From positions 57,178,316-57,242,315 of the forward strand of contig NC_068991.1 of the NCBI RefSeq assembly GCF_001194135.2: DNA of 64,000 nucleotides. The letters are read 5' to 3'. The notes under the pieces were generated by a model. That model was given only the letters and a program-made list of their open reading frames with translations, was not told the origin of the DNA and did not search any database. Below are positions 11,460 to 23,823 of this stretch, piece after piece (positions within the stretch are counted from its first letter, which is position 1; each line of letters starts with the position of its first letter). Source of the stretch: Octopus bimaculoides (Eukaryota). Both the position numbers and the translations under genes were made by a program.

Positions 11460-11712
11460 TTTTGCATCATAAACAAACATTTACACACTTTCACACACAT
11501 TTGAGACACACACACACACACACACTGTACATATGTGAATATACATATGTATAAGTATTCGTGTNNNNNNNNNNNNNNNNNNNNNNNNNNNNNNNNNNNN
11601 NNNNNNNNNNNNNNNNNNNNNNNNNNNNNNNNNNNNNNNNNNNNNNNNNNNNNNNNNNNNNNNNNNNNNNNNNNNNNNNNNNNNNNNNNNNNNNNNNNNN
11701 NNNNNNNNNNNN

Positions 11713-11819
<107 letters not shown>

Positions 11820-12127
11820 CATATATACATATATATATACATACATAAATACATTATATATATATGTATATACATACAAATAATTTCACACATTCACATA
11901 CATATGAAGATATAGTAGCAATTATTTATTAGATGTCTTCCAGAATTTGAAACGATTTCTTTTAGGGTGGAGACCTTTATAAGTTTCTTTCCGTTTTTGC
12001 TAAACATATGTTGAGGTAATTGTTGAAATTAAATAAGCACCAATGTGCATGTTAAATTTGTGCATATTGAGTTGCGATGCATTTTTTGCAGCCATGTTTT
12101 TGCTACTGTGCAATTGGTCCTACATAC

Positions 12128-12198
12128 AACCGCTGTCGCTTGCTGCTTCCTGCAATTGCGATATTTCTGTTTGCAACTTTGCACAGTTCTTTTCGATT
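12128..12198 (-). CDS. candidate 71-nt exon with coiled-coil-like peptide
   Basis: Acceptor aaattttcatcgttcag, donor TT|gtatgt. Frame reads IEKNCAKLQTEISQLQEAASDSG. Sits in a more GC-rich island within unique AT-rich DNA. Confidence 0.25.
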
Positions 12199-12477
12199 CT
12201 GAACGATGAAAATTTAATATCGTATTGTACGTATAAACAAATATAAAATCGTTCATATAATATTCAAAGGTTCTAATTCAAATTTATAAAAAACATATTA
12301 ATTCATGCTGTGTCTCATTTTAGACGGAAGAGAAAATAATTTCTTTTTTATTTTCGAAACAGAAGTTAAAAAAAAATATGCTGCTCTAAATGCATTTATA
12401 ATGGCTTTACGTCAGAGAAAATTCAATATAATTATATTTTAATTCTTTTTACTATCGCCTATACATACATACATACA

Positions 12478-12511
<34 letters not shown>

Positions 12512-12534
12512 CATACATACATACACAGATATTT

Positions 12535-12604
<70 letters not shown>

Positions 12605-12747
12605 GTGCGCACACACACACACTCATATATGTAGAAATCTGCTTGTATATACATATATATATATATGTNNNNNNNNNNNNNNNNNNNNNNNNNNNNNNNN
12701 NNNNNNNNNNNNNNNNNNNNNNNNNNNNNNNNNNNNNNNNNNNNNNN

Positions 12748-12776
<29 letters not shown>

Positions 12777-12778
<2 letters not shown>

Positions 12779-13385
12779 GAGGTAGTATCAAAAGGTACCC
12801 GAACTACTTCCATAGCGTGCCAATAGATGGCACCACACAGTTGCGTGTGCAGTCAAAGGTAGCAGTGACCTTCATAAGACAATGTTCCTAGTAACGTCGC
12901 TGTGTTTACTTCGCAAGTTGTGAAATTTGTGCCTTTGGGATCACATGTATGCTGTAGTCTGTAACTTTTGTCATGGACAAGAAGTTGGAGCAAAGAGTCA
13001 ATGTGAAAATGTTTTCGTTAAACTGAGAAAGTCTGCTACAGAGACACTGAGCTCACTTCGGCAAGTGTACGGGGTCGAGGCAATGGCACGGGCGCTTCAA
13101 AAGCGAAAAAACATCCCTGGGAGACGATGAGCGATCTCGAAGATCTACCACGAGCGTCACCCTCGGAAATCTAGACAAAATTCATCAGCGTGTGGTCTTG
13201 AGGATCATCGGAACACAATCAATGCTGTTGGTTCTTGCAGGCAATCGTAACGTCTGGATTCTTCACGACGATAATTCACCCTGTCACCGAGCTCTCCTCG
13301 ATCGTGAGTCTCTCGCCAAAAACAATATGCTATCGCTTCCACACCCACTCTATTCACCAGATTTAGCACTTGCAAATTCTCGATC
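12777..13385 (+). mobile_element. mariner transposon remnant, internally deleted
   Basis: TIR-like cacgaggtagtatcaaaaggtacccgaac. Translation MDKKLEQRVNVK..KLRKSATETLSSLRQVYG..DDERS..WILHDDNSPCH..PHPLYSPDLA includes the mariner HDNA-like and YSPDLAP motifs. Confidence 0.92.
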
Positions 13386-14102
13386 ACGATGCAAGTCTGT
13401 AGTACTAAGCCATGTCATCTTGTACTTCTATGTTTCGAGTTATTAAGCATTAAGGCGCAGGCCTGGCTTTATATATATACATATATATATTTAGTATACT
13501 TAATGGCATGTAAGACGCAGATATTTCCCCAAATAAAAGGTGTCTAAAATAATTACACTGTGTCTTATCGGCAAACTTACTTCATATAATTGCTACAGCG
13601 CACTAAGAGCATTTCTCTTGACTATGTGCTGAAATTGGGGTGCGTTTAATTCGCCCGTACATTTCTTATGTCATCAACTATAGTATGTACAAAGGTAAAT
13701 ATGCGTATGTATATGTTGAAATATATATGTATGCGTAACTATATAAGGGTATGGGCTTTTATTTCGTTGTGTGTGTGTGTGTGGGGGGGGGGTGAATTTG
13801 AAATGTAAACAAGCAAGAAAAGCGAAAATGGAGTCCAATTCGAACGAAGTCTTCTGCGATATATGTTCTGCAACGAGTATCAAGCCCTACCTTTTAATCT
13901 CACTGTCAGAAATTCATTGAAAGTGTAATCAATCCGCTGGAAACCTGAACCCAACGAAACATTTGTTGATTAACTCGAATGGATATTTGTAAAAAAGGAG
14001 AGAAGGAAACAAACAACAGACAGTGAAGGAGGTACAAGAAAAAAACCGGAAGGGGAGACATTTACATTTTGTTTATGTAACTCAGAGTAGTTTTCTTGTT
14101 GC

Positions 14103-14487
14103 AGAATATACTCTTGAATATACTCATGAATATACATCTGTTTAAGTTCCATCTTACTTCTATTCCAGCTTTTTAGTAAGTGTCCAGGTTTTTGCTGTCC
14201 ATATAGAAGGACTGAGTGTCCATATAAAAGGACTGAGGCAACTGATGCAGAGAAAAATTTCCTCTTAAACTTGACTGACATGGTTTATTTCCAGACATCC
14301 AGTTTGTTTCGGGCCGACCATGCTTTAAGTGTCCAAGTTTTTACACCCTTTTCAGTTGAGGCTATCTCAGAACCGAGATGCGTGAAATCAACTTGATTGG
14401 CGAAATCTCCGATGATTCCTTGTTGAGCAAGGAATTTGGTTTTACTAGGATTAACAAATAGTCCAGCATCATGTGCAACTAATTTTA
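14103..14487 (-). mobile_element. RTE/RTEX-group LINE RT C-terminal fragment (inverted part)
   Basis: Minus translation AGLFVNPSKTKF..DFTHLGSEIASTEKGV..KAWSARNKLD..KRKFFSASVASVLLYG..KTWTLTKKLE..DGT. Contains a 21-bp tandem duplication at 14196-14237. Confidence 0.88.
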
Positions 14488-14600
14488 GACTTATCTTGGA
14501 GAACTCACCCCACCAAGAAATAGCTGCGTGGAGATCTGCCTGTCTCCACCATTATAAGGGAACGGCGCTTGCGCTTTGCAGGACATTGCTGGTGAACTAG
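14488..14600 (+). mobile_element. continuation of the same RTE/RTEX element in the opposite orientation
   Basis: LSWRTHPTKK*LRGDLP/VSTIIRERRLRFAGHCW is the motif expected just downstream of DGTYTRML in RTE-group ORFs. Confidence 0.85.
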
Positions 14601-14960
14601 TGTTATGGATGTTGCAAGTTATTAAGCGTTAAGGCACAGGCCTAGCTATATATATATNNNNNNNNNNNNNNNNNNNNNNNNNNNNNNNNNNNNNNNNNNN
14701 NNNNNNNNNNNNNNNNNNNNNNNNNNNNNNNNNNNNNNNNNNNNNNNNNNNNNNNNNNNNNNNNNNNNNNNNNNNNNNNNNNNNNNNNNNNNNNNNNNNN
14801 NNNNNNNNNNNNNNNNNNNNNNNNNNNNNNNNNNNNNNNNNNNNNNNNNNNNNNNNNNNNNNNNNNNNNNNNNNNNNNNNNNNNNNNNNNNNNNNNNNNN
14901 NNNNNNNNNNNNNNNNNNNNNNNNNNNNNNNNNNNNNNNNNNNNNNNNNNNNNNNNNNNN

Positions 14961-14993
<33 letters not shown>

Positions 14994-15021
14994 TATATCG
15001 TATACTTAAGACGCACTTGAC

Positions 15022-15330
15022 TTATTGCTTTGGATGCCAAAGCATGGCTGTATTCCAGCTGGCTGTCCGAACACAACATACATGCATCAGCTCACCAGAT
15101 ACACAGATACACTGGATGCGTTCCCGAAGCCCTCTCTCAACTAATGCAGTACCAAGATAGATGGCATGTGGGTTAACCTCCCAACCCCCAACCACTCCAG
15201 CAAGCTCGAACAGATTATGATCATACTTCCGTATTTTAGTCTCTAAAGTGCATTTCCTTGGTGTTTCTAGCAAGGAAGAGCAACAGCATACCAGTGTTGT
15301 CGTTGACTTGGCAAGAATATTCAAGTGTAT
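15022..15330 (-). mobile_element. possible decayed REL-endonuclease C-terminus of a non-LTR element
   Basis: ETKIRKYD..LAGVVGGWEVNPHAIYLG loosely resembles the K..KY..L..GW....P.EVG pattern. Weak similarity only. Confidence 0.3.
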
Positions 15331-15482
15331 CATATGCGAGTGACACATCTTCTTTTTATGGAGATAAACCATTAAATGTAGACACACCCTGTAAAGTGAT
15401 GATAAAAACACCTGAAATGCTTTTGATACCGAGAAGGTTTAATGATAGTTATCTGGTAATCCAAGTCTTCATTTCTTCCCAC

Positions 15483-15496
15483 GCCACCAGATGGCG
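15483..15496 (+). promoter_or_regulatory. CTCF-consensus-like motif
   Basis: GCCACCAGATGGCG fits the CCACCAGRKGGCG core. Single motif; occupancy unknown. Confidence 0.3.
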
Positions 15497-15721
15497 TTCT
15501 CTCTCTTTCAGAAAACACCTTTCAATAATATAAATAAACTTTTCCTTTCCGTGTTTTCTTTTAGGTGACATTTAAAAGATTTCCACTAAAAACCTGCTCA
15601 ATTTACTCTAAGTTAAAGAAAATAAACAGCTACCATCAATATATCTTCATATGTACAAACATTCATGTATGCATGGACTTAAGATCTGGATGTATGTATT
15701 TATATCTGCACACACACACAC

Positions 15722-15768
<47 letters not shown>

Positions 15769-15912
15769 TGCATGTTTATGTGTATATAATGTACATATAT
15801 TCGTGCGCGTGTATGTACACATCGGTACTCATATACATTGAAAACACATGCGAGTACGTACACATATATATAGCAATACGCACGTATATATGCATATGTT
15901 TCTCTCCCTCTC

Positions 15913-16031
<119 letters not shown>

Positions 16032-16514
16032 GAGGATCGAAAACACTAATCCATACACACGTGTCGCTGTAATGACTTACTTCCCTTGTTCCTATTCCAA
16101 GACCTGTTCCCTACGATTTTTCGAGAATGTGATGCTTGATTCGACAAAAACCTAACTACCAAGTATATCATAATTTGAAACTTGAATCAAATGTTCTTGA
16201 AATGGTTTCTTTCTTTTGCTGAGAGGATGAGAAATATTTCGTTGCGTCATCAGATCAGCTGTTCAGCCTGTTTATCAAATTAATAGAATATCTAGCTAAG
16301 TATTACTCAGACCCTTAACGTAATTCTCAGAGAGAATAAACAGGGTGCAGCATTGAATCATTCGATGTTATGTTACCAATAAATAAATAAATGAATGAAT
16401 AAATAAATAAGTAGATAAATAGATAAACGACATGTTTGAGAACCCAGGCTGCGAGATCGAACCTGTGATGTCGTGATAACTAGAATTTATTGCCCAGTTA
16501 TTTGGGCCAGGTTC

Positions 16515-16602
<88 letters not shown>

Positions 16603-16614
16603 CAGAAGTACCTA

Positions 16615-16760
16615 TAAGGCAGCGAGCTTGATGATTCGTTAGCACGCTGGGCATAATGTTCGGCTGCTTTTTGCCCGTTTTTACGCTCTGAGTTCAAATG
16701 CCGCCCAGATTGACTTCACCCATTTTCCCACGAAATTATTTGCCTTGTACCGAAAAGTAG
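16615..16760 (+). mobile_element. SINE family A, degenerate
   Basis: aaggcagcgagcttg...ttagcacgctgggc...gagttcaaatgccgcc. Confidence 0.8.
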
Positions 16761-16943
16761 AAGTTTTTGAAAAGTAGAATTACATATGAATAAAAACATA
16801 CATACATGCGTATAAGCTAACATACGCACATACAGGCTAAGAAAAATGTATAAAATCTAACACACATCCAAGCTAAAACACACATATACCGGTTAACGCA
16901 CATACCAAATTTTGTAGCATGTTTGATGAAAAAACGTTATCTA

Positions 16944-17240
16944 GCTGGCACTCCGTCGGTTGCGACGGCTTGTGTTACAGTGCATCCGATCAACGGAATA
17001 GCCTGCTCATGAACTTAATGTGCAAGTGGCTGAATACTCCACAGACACGAGTAGCCTTAACGTAATTCTCAGAGAGGTTCAGTGTGGCAGAGAGTGTGAC
17101 AAGGTTGGCTTTTTGAAATACAGGTACAACTCATTTTTGCCAGCTGAAGTGACTGGGGAAACAACGCACATCCAGGAATCGAACTCATGATCTTACCATC
17201 GTGAACTGAATAGCTTAGCCACTAAGCCACACGCCTTCAC
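16944..17240 (-). mobile_element. tRNA-derived SINE, family C
   Basis: Minus strand shows A box TGGCTTAGTGG and B box GAGTTCGATTCC. The body matches 20333-20522 (plus) and fragments at about 16235-16340 and 20035-20135. Confidence 0.88.
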
Positions 17241-17367
17241 AAAGAGATATATAATCTCCTAATGAGCACTTTTTCGTTTATTGAAGGCTGGAGATATTGA
17301 GTTTTCTTAGACTACCATGCACATCACCACATCACTGATTCCGAGAGAAAAATGAAAAGTTTGACAA

Positions 17368-17412
<45 letters not shown>

Positions 17413-17589
17413 GTGTGTGTGGGGGGGGTGAGAGAGAGAGAGGGATAGAGGGAGGGAGAGAGAGAGTGGAAGAGAGAGAAAGAGGATGAGACTGTGGTAG
17501 GAAAAATAATCGACTCCTTTACTTAATTCTTATTTTATTTATCGATACTTTATTCAGAGGAATTTGAACTTAAAACGCAAAACCCTGAA

Positions 17590-18500
17590 TAATTAGGATT
17601 TTGAGGCCTCCAATAAGGAAATATTTGATAAAGCAACCCCCTACTATCTTAACGTTTTACTTAATGCCGGACTGAAAAATAAAATTTCCTACTCGCCATA
17701 CTTTCTAGCTCATTAACCGAAAATGTGACGACAGAATCTCATATGCTCACAAAATAGTTGTCACGTAAGGTTTCTTATTTTTCATAGATAAGATCTCTGC
17801 CAACTGTCAACACAGAATATGTTCTAACGCATATTTTCTGACTTGAATATATGCACAAGTTTCACCACGATCAGCGATATTTATATCATTTACACTCGCC
17901 ATTAAAACCTAAGCGATATGCTTGTCCAAAAGGTATCTATGAATCCATCCTTAGTTTGGTACATAAATATTACTATACAATACATAAGAAGCCAAGATCT
18001 TATAGTAATAAACCTTCTTTGAGATATAGAGAAAAAAAAGTAAGAAAGGTAGTTGACTTTCTCTTAAGGTTAAGAGGAAAATCATTAGAAAATAGATATC
18101 CCATGGAAAGCTCCCAAATGCTGAAAATCCTTAAAAACATGCTTACAAGATGTGAGATTTTTGCCTGCGTTTAGTATCCATTTTTCTAACAGATATTCAG
18201 GAAATGCAAGTATATTGAAAAGTTCTTGTTGCGTAAGTGAGGTAAACAATCTCAACCTTACTAAGTCCGTGCAAATGGACGGACATAAAAAGATTACTTC
18301 CTTTTTAACTTTTATATTTGCTTTCTTCTTGATTCAATTCTTGTACTCTCATTCTGCTACTTTATCTTTTTACTTCTAACACTCATCTTTACTCACCGAA
18401 TATTTTTGTTCTCTTTCATTTTTCAACAAAATCTGTAAGAGGAACGTCTGATGAGGCTAAAAGAAAATACCTAATAACTGCGATCTAATATATTTACTAA
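17590..18500 (+). mobile_element. decayed Penelope-like element 3' part (post-RT linker, GIY-YIG region, pLTR)
   Basis: KEIFDKATPYYLNVLLNAGLKNKISY resembles the Penelope EEIFNKA.PYY..AL..SG...L.Y segment. Cys-containing remnants, a pyrimidine-rich 3' region and a CTGATGA box at 18448-18454 follow. Confidence 0.6.
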
Positions 18501-18804
18501 ACATTAATAGTTTGATAAAGATCTACACAGTTAAACAAAGAAGTTCATTATTTTGGATAACTTCTTCCATGATCAAAAGAAAAATATGATGTCTTGAGAT
18601 TTGCCAACGCAGGCTACTAGCAGTTTCTCAAATTCTGTCATATATACATTCAATAATTAGTAGTGAATCTTAGTGATAAATATTGACCTTCATTCCGGTA
18701 TTTTTCAAAATCAAAGTAACGAGATATTTAAATCTCTTACACGTCAGAAAATTTTCAACATTGAAATATTCTGTAACAGTATTTTCTTGATATTGATAAT
18801 AATT

Positions 18805-18945
18805 TAGCGGTATTTCGTTCGTCTTTCAACTATACCTTTCAACCTTTTCGGAGCGACAAAATAAATACCAGTTGAGCACTAGGGTCGATTAAATCGATCA
18901 GCTCCTTTCCGCATAATTTCTGGTCTTGTGCTTTTATTAGAAGGG
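18805..18945 (+). mobile_element. SINE family A, 5' truncated
   Basis: ttagcggtatttcg...ttttcggagcgacaaaataaataccagttgagcactagggtcgat...ggtcttgtgc. Confidence 0.75.
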
Positions 18946-18979
18946 ATGTCGACATTAACACAAATATCTGCTTTATTTG

Positions 18980-19968
18980 ATATGGGGTCTCTGATAAGTT
19001 GTTGTAACTAGTAAGTTGTTCTCTAAACGCATTTCAGCTATGAGCAATCAGAAATGTATCATGAACATTATCCAATGTATTATATTTAAATGAGAAGGGT
19101 GTAATTTCACAAAGTCGTTTATTTGACTGGTTTGTCTTGGAGCTCCTGCCAATGAATTTGGAGCGAGGAATTGCGAATGAAGAGTTGCAGCAAAATTTGT
19201 GCCTCGCTTGCTCACGGAAGATCTAAAGCAGTCACGACAGAATGCGTGTCGTGAACTGAAAGAATAGTTGGAAGTTAATCCGGACCTTTTTCGAAGGTCA
19301 TAACTGGTGATTAAAGCTGCTGTTACGGCTACGACACGGAAACGAAGCAGCAAGCAAGTCAATGAAAGCATTCGATGTCACCAAGCCCCGCAAAAGCGCG
19401 TCAAGTGAAGTACAATGTCAAGACAAAGTTGGTTTGGTTTATCGATGTGAAAAGAATTGTCCACACAGAATTTGTTCTCCCTGGTCAAACTGTTAACACG
19501 ACATTTTACTTGGCAGTTCTGAAGCGTCTGCGAGACGCAATGAGACAAAGACTCCACGACCTGTGGAAAAGTGGATGGTGGTAGTTTTATCACTACAATG
19601 CGCATGCACAGACCGTTTGGTGTGGGGGACAGTTTTTGATCAAAAATGGTTCGACCATGTTTACCCACCCTCCCTATTTACCTGCTCTTACTCCCTGCAG
19701 CTTGATTTTGTTTTCCCGAATGAAAAAAGTCCTTAATGGAAAACGTTTAGCAGATGTGGAAGAGGTAAAAGAAAAGAACGATGGTGACGTTAAAATGCAT
19801 CACTTCGCAAGAGTTCTAAGGACTGCTTTAAACAGTGAGAAACGCGTCACAACCGATGCATTGCTTCAAATGGATAATACTTTGAAGGCGATAAAAGTGT
19901 AAAGATGTAAAGCTAAGTGAATAAATTAATATTGGAAAATTTCGCTTTTCTTTTGGGCACCCCTCGTA
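18980..19968 (+). mobile_element. mariner (DD34D-type) transposon remnant
   Basis: VAAKFVPRLL..KVITGD..YGYDTETKQQ..PKARQVK..EFVLPGQTVN..FYLAVLKRLRDA..HPPYLPALTPC..LNGKRLADVEEVK..YFEGDK, with stops and frameshifts. The 3' end ttttgggcacccctcgta is TIR-like. Confidence 0.95.
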
Positions 19969-20332
19969 TTTCAGTCATGTCACATACACCTTTTCCTTCT
20001 GCATGTTAATAAAATATGTAATGTTATGACCGGACACTCCAACGTTTCCGCCGGAAATCGAACTCTCAATATTACAATCCTGAGCTGAATACACAAAGAC
20101 TAAGCCATGCACCTTCACCAGCCACGTGCCTGCACCTTATATGATCTATTTGAGCAAGAAATACTCTTACGCCCACGATGTTGTTAATACAGTTTCTTCT
20201 CAACTCAAATTTCTGCAAACAGATTTCATCAACACTCAATTTAGACACCTAATATAGACAATCGCTGCATCCATTAGCAAACACAAGTCACGAAACCTCA
20301 AGTGAAGAAATGTTAACATAGTTCTTCCTCAT

Positions 20333-20522
20333 GGGAAAAAATGAGTTGTACCTGTAATTCAACAGGGCCAACCTTGCCACATTCTGTGTTACATTGAATC
20401 TCCTTGAGAACTCCGTTAAGGGTACACGTGTCTGTGGAGTGCTCAGCCACTTGTACGTTAATTTCACGAGCAGGCTGTTCCGTTGATCAGCTGGGATCCT
20501 CGTCGTCGTAACCGACGGAGAG
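20333..20522 (+). mobile_element. SINE family C, 5' truncated, followed by (TATG)n
   Basis: aaatgagttgtacctgtaattc...gtcgtcgtaaccgacggag is the reverse complement of the 16944 copy. Confidence 0.88.
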
Positions 20523-21170
20523 CTCCTATGTATGTATGTATGTATGTATGTATGTATGTATGTATGTATGTATGTATGTATGTATGTATGTATGTATGTA
20601 CGTATGTATGTATATGCACTTACATGTAGTTGAACATATGTAGTAACACATACGCACATATTCGTATGTGTGTTTGTGTGTAAGTATTTGAATGCGATAT
20701 GTACGCGTTATCAAACGTCTCGTTAAAAGCTATTACATTAAAATTAAAGCAACTGGGAAAACAAAAAGAAAAGAACAAAACATGCACAAACAGAAGGGAT
20801 TACATAAAAAAAAACCCCAAAGAACAAAAAGGAAAGCATCACCTCAGATATCGTATGTAAATTCGATATCCTATTTAAAGTGCCATGTGATAGCTAATAT
20901 CTTTCATTACGTCTCAGCCTGATCTTGCAGCTTAAGATTAACGGCAAATGTCATGTTTGTTTACGTCTGTTGCTGACATAATAAGCACAACACAACAGCA
21001 GTTAACACTAAACTTTGTTCCTTTGCCTTTTTAACGACTCCATTTTCTACAAAATTTCTCACTCCTTCAATTCTTACGCACGCTATACTGCCGAATTTGA
21101 GTTATAGTCTGATTTTTATTCTAATTTTGTTGAAAAATTTTCCTTCGTTTCAATATTCTAGCCTTTCACT

Positions 21171-21211
<41 letters not shown>

Positions 21212-22432
21212 ATATATATATATATATATATATANNNNNNNNNNNNNNNNNNNNNNNNNNNNNNNNNNNNNNNNNNNNNNNNNNNNNNNNNNNNNNNNNN
21301 NNNNNNNNNNNNNNNNNNNNNNNNNNNNNNNNNNNNNNNNNNNNNNNNNNNNNNNNNNNNNNNNNNNNNNNNNNNNNNNNNNNNNNNNNNNNNNNNNNNN
21401 NNNNNNNNNNNNNNNNNNNNNNNNNNNNNNNNNNNNNNNNNNNNNNNNNNNNNNNNNNNNNNATATATAGCTAGATAGATAGACAGATAAATAGATAGAT
21501 GCACTCTTACATATATGTATATCTATACACACAAACACACATACACATATGTGTATTTGTATGCATATATAAACTTATATATGTGTATATGTTCACTTTT
21601 TTCTAACATCTAATCTATCTATATATCCGAATATCCAATTATCTCTTTATCTCTTTATCTATTTATCTACATATCTCATCCAAACAGCTGACATCGGTTT
21701 CTTCTAATTTTTTTTTTATCAACCCCCTTCATATTATATCATACAAAACCAGGCATTTTCTCTTTCTTTCCTAACACAACTATCATTTGCTGTTCATCTT
21801 TTAACCTACAAATACATGCAATAACATTCCATGTTTGTTATTTTTCCTGCAATTTATTTAGTTTATTTTATTATTTTTCTTCTGTATTTGTCTTCTTTCG
21901 AAACTTTGTTGTTTCTTTATGTTTCATGTTGTTTTTCTCCTGTTTGTTTTACTGCCTGTCAAGACTAGATTTTCGCCGAAATTACTTTAAAAAAAGAATA
22001 CTGGAAGCTGTTAAACAGTTTAAGAAATTGGTGTTGGTGGAAATAGATAAATTATTAATCATATAGAAAAAAAAAAAAAANNNNNNNNNNNNNNNNNNNN
22101 NNNNNNNNNNNNNNNNNNNNNNNNNNNNNNNNNNNNNNNNNNNNNNNNNNNNNNNNNNNNNNNNNNNNNNNNNNNNNNNNNNNNNNNNNNNNNNNNNNNN
22201 NNNNNNNNNNNNNNNNNNNNNNNNNNNNNNNNNNNNNNNNNNNNNNNNNNNNNNNNNNNNNNNNNNNNNNNNNNNNNNNNNNNNNNNNNNNNNNNNNNNN
22301 NNNNNNNNNNNNNNNNNNNNNNNNNNNNNNNNNNNNNNNNNNNNNNNNNNNNNNNNNNNNNNNNNNNNNNNNNNNNNNNNNNNNNNNNNNNNNNNNNNNN
22401 NNNNNNNNNNNNNNNNNNNNNNNNNNNNNNNN

Positions 22433-22477
<45 letters not shown>

Positions 22478-22547
22478 TAGAGAGAGAGAGAGAAAGAGAG
22501 AGAAAGAGAGAAGGGAAGGATGATAGATAGATAGATATGAGGCAGTT

Positions 22548-23035
22548 CAGCAGTGCTACACCAGAAAATTTGCATCAGCGGAACAGCTGAGCTACTGGGA
22601 AAGTCTAAAAGAGCTACGGTTCTACTCCCCGAAGAAAAGACAGGGGAGGTATGCAGTGATATACGTATAGATGATCCTGGAGAAGCTGTCATCAAACATT
22701 AGAATTGAATGCTATAATAGCTCTTAAACTGGACGTCACTGCAATGTTCCAAAAGTCCCAGCTACCCCGTCTAGCATGAGGCTCATGTACTACAATATGT
22801 CGGAATTCAATGGCCTACAACTATTTAATGCTTGGCCAAGACATCTGAAGATGTAAGAGTAGATGTTTTCAAGAAACACTTTGATCTCCTGCTATCCAAG
22901 GTCTCAGATGAACCTATATGAAGGCAGGAAAATCAAAACAGAGCAGCACTGTCGAACTCCTTCATTCACCAAAAGCTGATCACAAAAGATTGACCGCTGA
23001 AAAGGTAATTACTCTGGTGGTGCTCTGGCCTAGTC
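22548..23035 (+). mobile_element. CR1/L2-group LINE 3' fragment
   Basis: QLSYWESLKELRFYS..RYAVIY..TGRHCNVPKVP..QLFNAWP..DVFKKHFDLLLSKVSDEP..SNSFIHQ. Confidence 0.88.
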
Positions 23036-23124
23036 ACTACATTTAGGCTGAAACGCATAAAAGAATATTATATACATATATAGACAGATAGACAGACAGA
23101 TAGATAGACACATAGATACAATCT

Positions 23125-23165
<41 letters not shown>

Positions 23166-23224
23166 AATAAGATATATATATATATGTATATATAATATAA
23201 TATATACATATGTATGTATGTATG

Positions 23225-23263
<39 letters not shown>

Positions 23264-23792
23264 NNNNNNNNNNNNNNNNNNNNNNNNNNNNNNNNNNNNN
23301 NNNNNNNNNNNNNNNNNNNNNNNNNNNNNNNNNNNNNNNNNNNNNNNNNNNNNNNNNNNNNNNNNNNNNNNNNNNNNNNNNNNNNNNNNNNNNNNNNNNN
23401 NNNNNNNNNNNNNNNNNNNNNNNNNNNNNNNNNNNNNNNNNNNNNNNNNNNNNNNNNNNNNNNNNNNNNNNNNNNNNNNNNNNNNNNNNNNNNNNNNNNN
23501 NNNNNNNNNNNNNNNNNNNNNNNNNNNNNNNNNNNNNNNNNNNNNNNNNNNNNNNNNNNNNNNNNNNNNNNNNNNNNNNNNNNNNNNNNNNNNNNNNNNN
23601 NNNNNNNNNNNNNNNNNNNNNNNNNNNNNNNNNNNNNNNNNNNNNNNNNNNNNNNNNNNNNNNNNNNNNNNNNNNNNNNNNNNNNNNNNNNNNNNNNNNN
23701 NNNNNNNNNNNNNNNNNNNNNNNNNNNNNNNNNNNNNNNNNNNNNNNNNNNNNNNNNNNNNNNNNNNNNNNNNNNNNNNNNNNNNNNNNNNN

Positions 23793-23823
<31 letters not shown>

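Noticed and set aside
13581-13628. Minus-strand segment with strong acceptor and GAA|gtaagt donor
   Set aside because: All three frames contain stops. It illustrates how often exon-like signals occur by chance here.
13828-13920. MESNSNEVFCDIC resembling a B-box start
   Set aside because: Only one CxxC, no further ligands, and a stop after 30 codons.
16081-16222. Minus-strand segment bounded by ctctcag and gtaagt
   Set aside because: Stops in all frames from the best acceptor, and no recognisable peptide from alternative acceptors.
16225-16262. Minus-strand CTGATGA-cgcaac-GAAA
   Set aside because: No stem II or stem III pairing and no NUH site; lies in a decayed family C SINE fragment.
16944-17240. 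Functional tRNA gene
   Set aside because: A and B boxes are present but continue directly into a SINE body repeated elsewhere in the window, and no acceptor stem forms.
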